NCBI GenBank assembly: GCA_973895155.1
Contig: OZ316897.1
Location: forward strand, 16,722,058 to 16,786,057
Source: Marsupella aquatica
Lineage: Eukaryota > Plantae > Marchantiophyta
Reading direction: 5' to 3'
Length of the DNA: 64,000 nt
The stretch's first letter is position 1, and each line of letters starts with the position of its first letter. Below are positions 12,039 to 22,819 of the stretch, one piece after another. A program made the translations under genes and the position numbers. The notes under the pieces were generated by a model. That model had not been told where the DNA came from, made no database searches, and saw only the letters and a program-made list of their open reading frames with translations.

Positions 12039-15000
12039 ATGGAACCCGGGCAGAGGCCGGAGGTAAGGCTGAGGGTGAAAACCCGATTAGGGTTAGGGCG
12101 CGTTAAGCGTCGGCGGCTAGGAAGGATCAACGGGAAGAAGGACCGGCAGAGGAGAGGGGTAAGGAGCGCTTGCAGGAGATGGTGGCTCATTTGCGAGCAC
12201 GAACTAGGCAGACGACTACGGGAGGCCAACTACTGTCAGCTGCTTAGGCAAGCACTCGGGGAGAGAGTAGATACCGACGATCAACCTAAGGAGGGTGTGA
12301 GCAACGTCAATCAAGCGGCACATTTATGGGGATGCCTGTTCGAACGGGCAACTGAGTACATCAAGACTTACGAGGACGAGGAGTCAGAAAGGGCAGCTCG
12401 AGAACGGCAGGAGCTCGCTCGATTGTGGGAGCTGTAGAAGACGGCTTTCTTAGGAGGCGAACTCATCAAGGACGAGTTCCTGTGGACGCCTACTTCCAAT
12501 CAACTCGACGATCTTCTGTTTTGCAAAGACAGCGTCGTCGGCATCCGAGAGGCCATCAAGAACTGCAACGACATACACTGGGAATTAAAGGGTAGCACGG
12601 AAAGGTGGACCCAGGCAACGGTGCTAGGAGAAACCTCCACGGCAGCAGAGATGAAGAGGAAGGGAGCCATCAACGATGAAGCCACCCCGACAAAAAGAAC
12701 GAGGTCGGCGGCACCAAAGAAGCCAGCCGAGCAGCAGAGCAGGAGGCAGGGAGAAGCCGAAGAGGAGGAGGTCGATCCCATCAAGGCCATTCCAACCAGG
12801 GATGACACCTGGAAGGGCTGGGCGGCAACCCTACCGGTGGAGGTGCAACTACATTTTGCACGGGAGGAGGATGCATGCTTTACGGCCATGCAGACCAAGA
12901 AGTACCAAGGCTTCATGGCCGGATCCGGCTTGGAGGCCTTTGTAAGATTACCATGGCTGAAGCCGGAGGTACCGGAGTCAGACCTATTAGAATTCGTGGG
13001 GTCATGGGAACCCGAGACCAATTGCACGAGGATATATGGGAAGGATTTCTATCTTACTCCCAAGGTGATTGCCGAAGTGTTTGGCTTGCCGATGGGCAAT
13101 AAGACCAAAGTTGATACCAGGAAGACCTTGCCTGACAAGGAGTTCCGGTCGTTCCCCGGGCCATCAACGAAGAATGGCTTCTTCCGGAACACCTGCACCA
13201 ACCCGCACATAGGAGAGATGATCGACTTCTTGCGGGTGACCATGCATTGTAACTTGCCGAGGGCAGAGATCGGCAAAGCACAGGTCTATCTGGCAGAAAG
13301 GCCAGACCCAAGCCGGGACTACAACGGGTACCTCCTCAACCAATTGAAGAAGATCTTAAAGGAGGAGCAGCAGGTAATCGGCATGGGGAGCGTGTCGCGG
13401 CTTGGCTATCACATGCCGCTGTTGTGCCGGTATGCCAGAGGTCAGACTTTTGCCCCGGTACTTCCCCTGCAGGTAAGGGCACCCGAGGAAGCTCCAACAC
13501 CGAGGCCGTTGGCTGAGAAGCCTCAACCACCTGTTAGTCCTACGATCGAGCAGGTGTTTAGGCCCAGGAAGGAAGACTTGCCGATGCAGCAACCAGGCAT
13601 GCAGAGTCTGCTGAAACTACTGGAGAAAGAAAAGAAATCGGCATCGGCAACAACAACGGCAACGGCAACAATGCAGGACACTACTACAGAGGTAGGCCTA
13701 CACCGGCTCACAAGAAAAAACCCCTTTGCTGGAGACAAGGAGAGAATCAGGCCGGAATCCAAGCCAGGTGTTCGAATGTACGTGGGAACCTCAAGCTCCG
13801 AATCTGAGGCAGAATTGCCTGAAGCTCCTACCAACGAAGAGGAGAGGGAGAAGCCGGACGTCCAAGAGGTAGAGGAGGTAGTGGAGGACTGCAGCCATGA
13901 TAATTCCGGCTATGGGTCGGACCATCACGTTCCAGGAGTAAGGACCTGTGGCCAGTTTGTCCCCACACTTCCAAGGGTAGTGCGAGGGGACCCCAACCAG
14001 CAGAGTAGCCCTGAGTCTCCCCCACCAGATGTTGCTCCCCCGAGCTTCGACGGCATAAAACAGACGGTGCAGGAATTTCAGGAGCGAATCAAGCAGGAGG
14101 AAGAGGCCGCCCTGGCTAAGGAAAAGGATTTACCAGGAGGAGATTGGCCGGAGGACATCAGGCGGCTAGCCGAAAAAGGAAGCAAACCTCTAGCCACGAT
14201 TGAAGAGATCCGTAGGACGGCTTGGGAGCAGAGGCCACGATGGGCGATGCCGATCACTTCTACTTACTCCACCTACGCTAAGAATAGAGCCATGGAGTAT
14301 GGTGAGATGTGTGGGGAACTTGCGCTCGGCATCTTTGGAGAGGAGTTGGAGGTAGGACCCTTTTTCCATAGGGAGCAGTTGGAGAAGCACCAATTAGAAG
14401 AAGCGGTGGCTTTAGAGAGAAGCAAGAAGGACGAGGTCATTCGGCGGCTTAGGAGGATGGAAGCCGAGATTGAAGATCTAAGGGCGGCCAAGAAAGCCCA
14501 AGATGAACTGCGGATTAAACGACATGAGCTGAACATCATGCAGGGGCAGTTGGACGCCGCGCAGGCTGATAATCAGAATATCAAGGATAAACTGACTCAG
14601 ACGCAGGAAGAGTTGGCCGACACGATCAAAGAAAGGGAAAAGTGGAAGCAAGAGCTGAAGAATACAGAGGAGGCCCACATAACAGCCAACAGCCGGGCCG
14701 TGGCGGAGACCCAAAGAAAGGAATGGGCGTTGAAAGGGGAGCTCGAGAAAATCCACGGAGCCCTTGAGCAGAAGGAGGTCGAGTTAGGGAAATCCTATCA
14801 AGGGATTATGGCGCTGCAGCAGGAGCTTGCGTCCCTGACGGCCAGCTTCAAGGCCGACCTAAGGGAGAAGGACGAGATGCTCGAACAGACTTACGCCAAG
14901 ATGAACCAGATGGAGTCTGTCATCATTGCAGAGCTCGACAAGGAGCTAAGAGCAACCCAGGAGGAGAGGGCTACCTTGAAGAAGGAATTGGAGGAAGCCC

Positions 15001-15662
15001 ACAGGGAGCAGGAGGAGGCCAAAAACGAGCTGGAGGGGGCACGTAAGGACCTGGATGAAACCCAAGAGGAGTTGGAGGAAATCACGAGGAAGATGGAGAA
15101 CCTACAGCGGCGGGCCGACAACCAAACAGAGCGGCTGAAGAAACAAGCCGCAGTATTTAAATGCTTAGCTGCAGCAGGTCCATCTCCTGTTGGGACAAAC
15201 CAGTTACCAGGGGTGGTAATTGCCGAAGGACAAGCCGCGCCACCTGCACCAGTGCCGGAAGTAAGTGGGAAGGGGAAGGGACCAGCTGCCGAGCCACCAA
15301 CGAAGAAGAGGCGGAAACCTTCAGGGTCAAGGAGTAATACGACTTCACAGGCCGTGGTGATCAAGGAGGTAGACCCAGCACCGACCCCAGACAGGGTCAC
15401 GGCTAAGGATCCAACTACCCTAGGGGAAGGGGAGGCCGAAGCCGTGGGAGTGGCTGAAGCCGAAGCCGTGGGAGTGGCTGAAGCCGAAGCCGTGGGTATT
15501 GCCGAGGCCGGTGTCGAGGCTGAAGCCGAAGGTGGACCCAGTCAGGCCGATGGAGAGTTGACTCGGTCAAGGGCAGGTAATCTGTCAGTAGGCGGGCCAA
15601 CGGCAGTGGCTGAGGAGGAAGTGTTGGGGGCGTCCATTGAGGATCCACCACCGGTGTCGTGA
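12039..15662 (+). pseudogene. LTR-encoded protein, 5' LTR copy (PMD-like domain, coiled coil, NLS); nonsense codon at 12435-12437; 12621-15662 is open (1013 aa)
   Basis: ORFs 12000-12437 and 12621-15662 share a frame. This TAG is CAG in the other three LTR copies, and the ATG of MSNVNQ is GTG here. Confidence 0.85.
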
Positions 15663-16587
15663 CGGTGCAAGGGCGCCGTTCCTTTTAGGGAGGGCGGACG
15701 TGGAGGGAGGAGGCGTGAGTGGGCAGGGCGGGCACGGATCTCCACGTTTAGGATTAGGATCAGAACCAGGAGCGGCCCTGACACTTAGCTTAGTGGGATT
15801 GCGGTCCCACTGGTAGGAGCAACACTTGTGCTCCTGCCTTGCTGTACATAGGTAGATTCGGGCAAGTAGATTACTGTTAAGTAGATTAGGCTTACGATGC
15901 AAAGAATGGCGGATCCACTACCAGGATAAGTACCTGGGCAGCGGGGAGCTCAGGGCCTCTTCTTTAGCAAGTTTTTAGTTTGCACCAGCCGGGCTGGGAT
16001 CAAGTAGTACGAGAAGCTCTCGGTTAGTCATACAGTGACCCTTGTGTATATTCATGTTTCCTCATGCCTAAGAGCTGAATAGAGTTGGCCTCACGGCTTA
16101 GTTCGCAGAACTTGTGTATGAGATGTACTGTTTGTATGGCAAGTGCATGGTATGACTCAGTCAGAATGAGTCATTTTGCTATTTGTGTGTCGCATTAACT
16201 TGTGTGAAGAGTGCCCACATCAACAGAAGGAAGGAAAGTAAGCAGGGGAGTGAGAGTTGGATGTGTCGAGCTGAGAGAGGTCTTAGCGGCTTAACCAAGC
16301 CTATTGGGGATCATTCCGGCGGCGGAATCCAAACATACCTAACAAGACGGAGGGGAAGACAGGGGAAGACAGGGGAAGGCCTATATTAGGCCGGCTACGT
16401 ATCTCATGACCCGATGAAGGATCTGTCCAGTATATGTGTGTAAAATGTTAATAGTAGTAGTAGAAGGTTAGCAGCGTCCCATGCCGCTAAGCCGCGGAAA
16501 CGGCCTCGCCAAGCACGAAACCTGCGGGAATCGGCTTGAGCTGGGGGGTTTCTTGGGTTTAGGGAGCCATGGGACGCACCACATTTT

Positions 16588-16605
16588 TGGCGCTAGATGG
16601 AGGGG
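16588..16605 (+). other. Primer binding site, probably tRNA-Asn
   Basis: TGGCGCTAGATGGAGGGG starts 4 nt after the 5' LTR. It is complementary, with one mismatch, to the plant tRNA-Asn 3' end CCCUCCUUCUAGCGCCA as I recall it. Confidence 0.8.
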
Positions 16606-16652
16606 GCATTTCTTAAGCCGTGAGATATGAAGTTAGAACGGAAGCGTAGGTA

Positions 16653-19601
16653 ATGACTGACCTTACGCCGAGGGAAGAAAGAGTGATTCAACGGGAGAGA
16701 GCTCGACTGCAGCAGCTCGCCGGGTGGCATGATACACAGCGACTGAGAGGGGCAGAAAGAGCTGGTAGCTCCGAAACTGGAAGTGGCGTCGAAGAAGACA
16801 TACCAGAAGAGGAGTCGGTAAGGAGAAGTGAGTCTCCAACCGACATGGGGGAACCAGAGGCACGGCTAGACGAGAGGCCAGGGACCAGATTGAGCCAGCG
16901 GTCGCGCATACATTATAAGGCATTTCATGGGAGAGGAGATGAGGATCCGGACGAATGGTTGGATGATTTCGAGGGAACCGCTGCAGCAAATGGAGAATCG
17001 GCCATCAAGATGCAGATTCTTCCCGGCCTGTTCAAGGGTGAGGCTAGGCCTTGGTACAGAGCATTAGATGTGGAAGATCAAGCCATCTGGGATATCTTCA
17101 AAACACTCTTTGTTAAGGAGTTTCGACCCATTGGAACTTCAGAACTAGCAGTGCTGAAGTTGGGACAACTTCGGTTCAAGGAGAACAAATCCTTCAGGAA
17201 GTTCTTGCAACGCTTTCAGAAATTGGTAAGACGTACAAAGACCAATGCATCTGAAGGTATGCAACTTCAATGGTTGGTGAATGCTTTGCCACAGAAGATG
17301 AGTTTTGCAATTAGGAAGGAGAACCCGGAGACTTTAGCCGAAGCAATTAAGGATATTCAATTATACATTAATGCAGATATCACAAGCCGGAAGAAACAGC
17401 TTAAGTCTGAGAGTTCCTCATCAGAGGAGGGATCACCCCATAAGAAAAAAGATAAGAAGAAGAAACATTCCAAGAAGTCTAGAAGTGATAAGTCAAGCTC
17501 GGATAGTGGGAGTAGCAAGAGTGAGTCATCTTCTAGTTCTGAAGAAGAAAAAACTAGGAAAAGGAAGGGCAGAAGGAGAGGGAAGACGAAAGTCAAGATG
17601 GAGGCTAAGCCACCAGATAACATCGTAGCCCTTACCGAGCAACTTAAGGCTATCATTGCAGAGGTAAAACCAAAGAAGAAGGTAGTACAGGAGGATAGCT
17701 CTGTATGGTGTGCCTTATGTTATAAAACCGGACACCATAAAGATGCTTGTCCTAAGCTTAATACTAATCATGTTCGGCATGTGGCCGAGATCAGACCATG
17801 TCAGGGAGAAGTAGAGTACTTTTTGGGAGATGCCGCTGATAGTGTTTTCGGCATCAGTGAGACTGGAGCACGAGACCTATCCAACAGACCTGCATCTCTA
17901 TGGTCAGGGTTAAGGAACAATCCAGGAGAGATGTATCCTCGGATTATTCAGAACCCGTCAGTACCTCCTAGGCCGAATGTGCAAAGATTTGCGGCGTGCT
18001 ATAATTGTGGTCAACCTGGCCATTTTGCTAGAGAATGCCCGAATGCACGCAAACAGGGTGATGGACAACCAGCTCAGCTATGTATGGGATGCCGACAGGA
18101 AGGTCATATGCTAGGGCAATGTCCTACTTGGTTGGCAGGCCTGGCCGCAAATCATAAGCTTTTGCCGATCAAGATCTTACCGCCAGGTACTACCCCCGGA
18201 GGAGTTCAAATCAACCACATCGAACTAGGATGGCAAGAGGATGCCGAGGCAGAGTTCGTACCATCTGATGATGAGGCCGAAGCCCTATCAACCTTCTCAG
18301 AGGAGGATTTAGATCATGATTGCTACCGGGTCTCTACTCGATCTACCAGAAGGAAGGAAAGGTGGGATGGGCTGGCCAAAAATAAAGGGAAGGTTACGGA
18401 GGAAAGGATCGACTCTTCGTCAACATCAACAGAAGGAGAAGGGAGGGCTCCGGCAATACAGGTAAGCCATGAGCCCACCAGTGAAACCAATCCTTCACAA
18501 GATAGCGACTTCAATCGAGATCATCCTAAGTTGTTCTACCCCTCTGTTACGGCTAGTGTTAAGGAACAACTAAGAGAATTAGAAACCCTGGAGAATACCG
18601 AAGCCATTGCCAAGGATGTAAAACGAGCAAAAGCATTGTTTGCTTCGGAAGACCCAACAGCTGTGGAGACTAGCGTGGCAAAACTGGCCGAATCCAAGAC
18701 GGAAACACCACCAGAAGAGAAGCCGATTGTTCCCTATGACCTGGCTAAAGATGTACTAGAATCTAGAGTCTCGGCAACAGTAGGTCAACTATTGAAAAAT
18801 AGCCCGTACTTCCGGAAGCAATTAAGGAAGGCTATTCTCGGCAAGCCGAGATTACCCAAGGTAGCAACCAGATCCGACGTACTAATGATAGAAGAAGATC
18901 AAGGAGCCCCAGCATTACCATTAATGATTCAAGGAGAATTATTACTACGGGTACCCATCGATGGAGGATCAGGGGTATGTATTATGATTGATTCAACAGC
19001 AAAAGGGTGGGGTCTAACACCGGAGATGACTGGAAGAGTGTTGAACATGGCCAATGGATATCAGGTCATTCCGACGGGAGTGTTAACCGGCATCAAGACA
19101 GAGATAGGAGGTATCTTCTTTAGCATTAACTATGTAGTAATGAAGCCGGTAAATCCTACGTCATTCCGGCTATTGATTGGTAGGCCATGGCTGTACCTAG
19201 CCGAGGTAATAGAAGATTGGGGTAAAAAGCAGTTCACTTTCGGGACCCCCTCTATCACGGTATCCTGGGACACTAAGGATGACCGTAGGAAAAGCATAAG
19301 GGAAGTAGATGGGTACGATAGTGGACTGGAGTCAGCCGATGAAGTACGTTGGTTAGAATGCTTCACTAACCTAACCGAAGAAGGTGTCTTTGGACCAGAG
19401 GTACCCCCCAGCGGATTATGGCAAGAACCAATGGAAGGTGACTTGGAAGAAGAAGACGAAGAGGTCGAGGACTGCTTTACAATAGAATCCACCTTTTTAG
19501 CTGCAATTCCGGAGGAAGTAAAGGATGTAGACCAATTGGATGAAACGGCTAAGTGGGGAGCAGTAGCAGGGACAGTGGATTTTCTGCAGGCGTTGTGGTA
19601 G
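16653..19601 (+). CDS. gag: Gag-protease polyprotein (capsid, three CCHC zinc knuckles, aspartic protease)
   Basis: F.G..DEDPDEWL..F capsid motif; knuckles CALCYKTGHHKDAC, CYNCGQPGHFAREC and CMGCRQEGHMLGQC; protease VPIDGGSG...LLIGRPWL. Confidence 0.93.
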   Translation: MTDLTPREERVIQRERARLQQLAGWHDTQRLRGAERAGSSETGSGVEEDIPEEESVRRSESPTDMGEPEARLDERPGTRLSQRSRIHYKAFHGRGDEDPDEWLDDFEGTAAANGESAIKMQILPGLFKGEARPWYRALDVEDQAIWDIFKTLFVKEFRPIGTSELAVLKLGQLRFKENKSFRKFLQRFQKLVRRTKTNASEGMQLQWLVNALPQKMSFAIRKENPETLAEAIKDIQLYINADITSRKKQLKSESSSSEEGSPHKKKDKKKKHSKKSRSDKSSSDSGSSKSESSSSSEEEKTRKRKGRRRGKTKVKMEAKPPDNIVALTEQLKAIIAEVKPKKKVVQEDSSVWCALCYKTGHHKDACPKLNTNHVRHVAEIRPCQGEVEYFLGDAADSVFGISETGARDLSNRPASLWSGLRNNPGEMYPRIIQNPSVPPRPNVQRFAACYNCGQPGHFARECPNARKQGDGQPAQLCMGCRQEGHMLGQCPTWLAGLAANHKLLPIKILPPGTTPGGVQINHIELGWQEDAEAEFVPSDDEAEALSTFSEEDLDHDCYRVSTRSTRRKERWDGLAKNKGKVTEERIDSSSTSTEGEGRAPAIQVSHEPTSETNPSQDSDFNRDHPKLFYPSVTASVKEQLRELETLENTEAIAKDVKRAKALFASEDPTAVETSVAKLAESKTETPPEEKPIVPYDLAKDVLESRVSATVGQLLKNSPYFRKQLRKAILGKPRLPKVATRSDVLMIEEDQGAPALPLMIQGELLLRVPIDGGSGVCIMIDSTAKGWGLTPEMTGRVLNMANGYQVIPTGVLTGIKTEIGGIFFSINYVVMKPVNPTSFRLLIGRPWLYLAEVIEDWGKKQFTFGTPSITVSWDTKDDRRKSIREVDGYDSGLESADEVRWLECFTNLTEEGVFGPEVPPSGLWQEPMEGDLEEEDEEVEDCFTIESTFLAAIPEEVKDVDQLDETAKWGAVAGTVDFLQALW

Positions 19602-22600
19602 AGCCGACGGGGTCCACAACGCCATCGATCATCGGCAAGGAATTAAATACCAAGGGATCGGCATACAAGCCGATTACGAGGGCAAAACAAATTGAGGCCC
19701 TATTAGAAGCCGAGAGAGCACAGCGGCCTAACTCTCAGGAGCAAGAGGTGGATGAGATGGACAGACACGATCCAGAGCCAAGGCAGGAAGGGGAGCCGAC
19801 CACTAATTCAAAACCGAATAGACCGGTAAGGGGACAATCTATGGACACCAAGGAAGGGACCGACTCGGCTAGTCCAGCCGAAATCCCAGTTTATGGAGGT
19901 ATGAGATTAGAGAGACTGGAAGCCGAACTGGACCCGAATTTGAAGAAGCAGATTAATATGATCCAAGCACGGCAATATCGGAAGCTCGACTTAGGAGAGG
20001 GAAGAGAACTAAACTTAGGGAGAAACCTAGCACCTGAGCTCGAGAAAGAGATCAGTGACTTATTGATTGAATTTCAGGATGTGTTTGCATGGAGTCACCA
20101 AGATCTAAAGGGAGTAGATCCAACACTAGGGGAACATCGAATTGATCTCATGTTAGGAGCCAAATCATTTCGACAACCAATTCGAAGGATGAACCCGAAG
20201 TATTCCCTGCTGGTCAAAACAGAAATCGACAAACTAGTGGAAGCTGGATTCATCACTCCAGTCCTGCATTCAGACTGGGTGTCTCCAATTGTGATAGTTC
20301 CCAAGAAAGCTGGACCCGATGGTAAACCCAAGATCCGGGTTTGTCAGGATTACAGGAAGCTGAATGAAGCAACATTAAAAGACCATTTTCCTTTACCGTT
20401 TACTGATATGGTACTAGACATGGTAGCCAGTCATGAACTATATTCATTCATGGATGGATACTCTGGTTATAACCAAATCAGGATTCGGCAGGAAGACCAA
20501 ATCAAGACGGCCTTCATCACGGAATGGGGGATCTATGTCTTCAATCGTATGCCGTTTGGACTCTGCAACGCACCAGCTATGTTCCAACGATTAATGGTGA
20601 ACATTTTTCATGATTACTTGAGAAAGTTCATGGAAATCTTCATTGATGACTTTGCAGTATTCGGGAAGGCATCGAAACATGCTAAATACCTCAAGAAAAC
20701 CTTCATGAGATGTAGGGAGGTGGGTCTCAAGTTACACCCAGATAAATGTTTTTTTGCAGTAACCGAGGGGGTGCTACTAGGTCACAAGGTATCAAGGAAG
20801 GGCATTGAGATTGACAAAGGTAAGCTAGCAGTATGGCTAGATATCATGCAACCTAAGAACATAAAGGATGTAAGATCCTTCTTGGGATGCATTGGTTACT
20901 ATCGCCGGTTCATCAAGGATTTTGCCAAGCTAGCTTTACCATTAACCAATATGCTCAAGGCAGGAGCAGACTTCAAACCCACACCCGAACGAGTCACAGC
21001 GGTAGTAGAATTGAAGCAGATGTTAGTAGAGGCCCCAGTCATGATAGCACCGGACTGGAACAAAGATTTTCATGTTTTTGTAGATGTCTCGGGCTTCTGT
21101 ATTGGCTCAGTACTAAGTCAGTTGGATGAGAAAGGAAGGGACCATCCCATATACTTCGCAAGCCGTCAGCTTGCCGATGCCGAACGGAACTACTCTACCA
21201 CGGAAAGAGAAGCATTAGGAGTCATTTATTCTTGTAAAAAGTTTAGGCATTATTTACTAGGGTACAAGGTAATCTTTCATACTGATCATGAAAGTTTGAA
21301 GTACCTAGTCAATAAGCCGGACCTTACAGGCAGAGTAGCAAGATGGATTTTGCTATTACAGGAGTTTGACTATGAGCTGAGGATCAAGCCGGGAAAGTTA
21401 CATGCCAATGCCGACTTCTTTTCAAGGATCACAGGTAAACCTGCCACGGATTGCATCGATGATCGATTCCCCGACGAGGAGCTATTCGTTGTGGAAATAG
21501 CTGGTACATGGTACCCTGAGATTTTACAATTTCTCAGCACTTCTAGATTACAGCCAGGATTAAGCCGAGAGCAAGCCGCAGTCTTTGTGCGGAAGGTCAG
21601 ACAGTATCAGTGCATTAAAGGCATACTGCACAAGCATGGAATCAACGGCACGATTCAAAGGTGTTTGGAGAAGAGAGAGGTAAAACGAGTCCTACGGGCC
21701 ATGCATGGAGAGGAGGCCGGAGGACATTTTGCCCCAGTAACCACGTCTAAGAAGATATTAAATGCCGGTTACTGGTGGCCCACCTTGCACAAAGATGTCT
21801 ATCAGTTTATCAAACAATGCGATCCTTGTCAACGAGCGGGAGGACCAAGGGCGTCCACCAGGCATCCACTGCACCCTATTCTACCTCTGGCACCATTCGA
21901 GAAGTGGGGTATTGATTACATTGGACCTCTGAAACCACTGACCCACCCTCGACGGAACAAGTACATAATCCTGGCTACGGATTATGCAACTAAATGGGTA
22001 GAGGCCAGACCAACAACGAAGGATGATGCAATTACTACGGCTAGATTCATGTATGAGCAGATCTTCACCAGGTATGGAGCACCCCTAGAATTAGTTAGTG
22101 ATAGAGGAACCCATTTTTTGAATGATATAATTAGTCGTTTAAATGAGCAGTATTTAGTTAAACATAGGCCTACTACTCCCTACCATCCAAAGGCAAACGG
22201 GTTGACAGAACGAGCAAACGGAATCATAGGAAAGATATTGAACAAAACAGTAGCTCAGAACAAACTCGATTGGGATGATAAATTGTTTGCTGCTGTTTTT
22301 GCTTACAATCTGGCCTATAAATCCACTACCGGTCATACACCCTTCTTCTTAACCTTTGGACAAGAAGCCCTGGTACCCATGCAACTTGAGATACCGACAT
22401 TTCAAGTTACAATTGAGGAAAGAGCCTCAGCGGAGGAGAGCCTAAAGGAGCGAGAATATAGGTTAGAAGCTTTAGAGGAAGCGAGAATGATTTCAGCCGA
22501 GAGAGTAGAATATAGACAGAATATCATGAAGCAGCAGTATGATAAAAGGTTAAAAGTAGTTAGTATTCATACCGGTGATCTTGTGCTACTTTATGACAGT

Positions 22601-22819
22601 AGGTATAGTAGGTTTCCAGGAAAGCTTTACACTCGCTGGTTAGGACCCTTTAGAGTAACCATGATGTTCCCCAATGGCTCCGTGCAATTGGCCAACATTA
22701 CGGGAGAGGTATATCCAGTTCGCATCCATTATGACCGCCTCAAGAAATACTATATGGACGAAGATGAAGTTGTTCGCGAGGACGCTTCACAATTAAGTGG
22801 GGAGCTATGTGATGCCTAG
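19553..22819 (+). CDS. pol: Pol: reverse transcriptase, RNase H and integrase (in the -1 frame relative to gag-PR)
   Basis: RT motifs RVCQDYRKLN, MPFGLCNAP and FIDD; RNase H motifs DVS, EREAL and TDH; integrase HHCC, GIDYIGP, SDRG and NGLTER; GPF in the C-terminal domain. The stop codon lies 12 nt inside the 3' LTR. Confidence 0.96.
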   Translation: MGSSSRDSGFSAGVVVEPTGSTTPSIIGKELNTKGSAYKPITRAKQIEALLEAERAQRPNSQEQEVDEMDRHDPEPRQEGEPTTNSKPNRPVRGQSMDTKEGTDSASPAEIPVYGGMRLERLEAELDPNLKKQINMIQARQYRKLDLGEGRELNLGRNLAPELEKEISDLLIEFQDVFAWSHQDLKGVDPTLGEHRIDLMLGAKSFRQPIRRMNPKYSLLVKTEIDKLVEAGFITPVLHSDWVSPIVIVPKKAGPDGKPKIRVCQDYRKLNEATLKDHFPLPFTDMVLDMVASHELYSFMDGYSGYNQIRIRQEDQIKTAFITEWGIYVFNRMPFGLCNAPAMFQRLMVNIFHDYLRKFMEIFIDDFAVFGKASKHAKYLKKTFMRCREVGLKLHPDKCFFAVTEGVLLGHKVSRKGIEIDKGKLAVWLDIMQPKNIKDVRSFLGCIGYYRRFIKDFAKLALPLTNMLKAGADFKPTPERVTAVVELKQMLVEAPVMIAPDWNKDFHVFVDVSGFCIGSVLSQLDEKGRDHPIYFASRQLADAERNYSTTEREALGVIYSCKKFRHYLLGYKVIFHTDHESLKYLVNKPDLTGRVARWILLLQEFDYELRIKPGKLHANADFFSRITGKPATDCIDDRFPDEELFVVEIAGTWYPEILQFLSTSRLQPGLSREQAAVFVRKVRQYQCIKGILHKHGINGTIQRCLEKREVKRVLRAMHGEEAGGHFAPVTTSKKILNAGYWWPTLHKDVYQFIKQCDPCQRAGGPRASTRHPLHPILPLAPFEKWGIDYIGPLKPLTHPRRNKYIILATDYATKWVEARPTTKDDAITTARFMYEQIFTRYGAPLELVSDRGTHFLNDIISRLNEQYLVKHRPTTPYHPKANGLTERANGIIGKILNKTVAQNKLDWDDKLFAAVFAYNLAYKSTTGHTPFFLTFGQEALVPMQLEIPTFQVTIEERASAEESLKEREYRLEALEEARMISAERVEYRQNIMKQQYDKRLKVVSIHTGDLVLLYDSRYSRFPGKLYTRWLGPFRVTMMFPNGSVQLANITGEVYPVRIHYDRLKKYYMDEDEVVREDASQLSGELCDA
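19577..19636 (+). promoter_or_regulatory. Candidate -1 programmed ribosomal frameshift signal (G_GAT_TTT plus H-type pseudoknot)
   Basis: Heptamer 19577-19583 is in the gag frame, then a 5-nt spacer and a perfect 10-bp stem (19589-19598 with 19614-19623). Loop GCCGA (19603-19607) can pair with TCGGC (19632-19636). Confidence 0.75.
22795..22805 (+). other. Polypurine tract
   Basis: AAGTGGGGAGC ends 2 nt before the 3' LTR, within the integrase coding tail. Confidence 0.75.

Larger units (their letters stand above)
11924..16583 (+). repeat. 5' LTR (4660 bp)
   Basis: TGTGATGC...GCACCACA. Near-identical to 22808-27491 (about 15-20 substitutions seen by eye plus one 24-bp indel). Confidence 0.97.
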
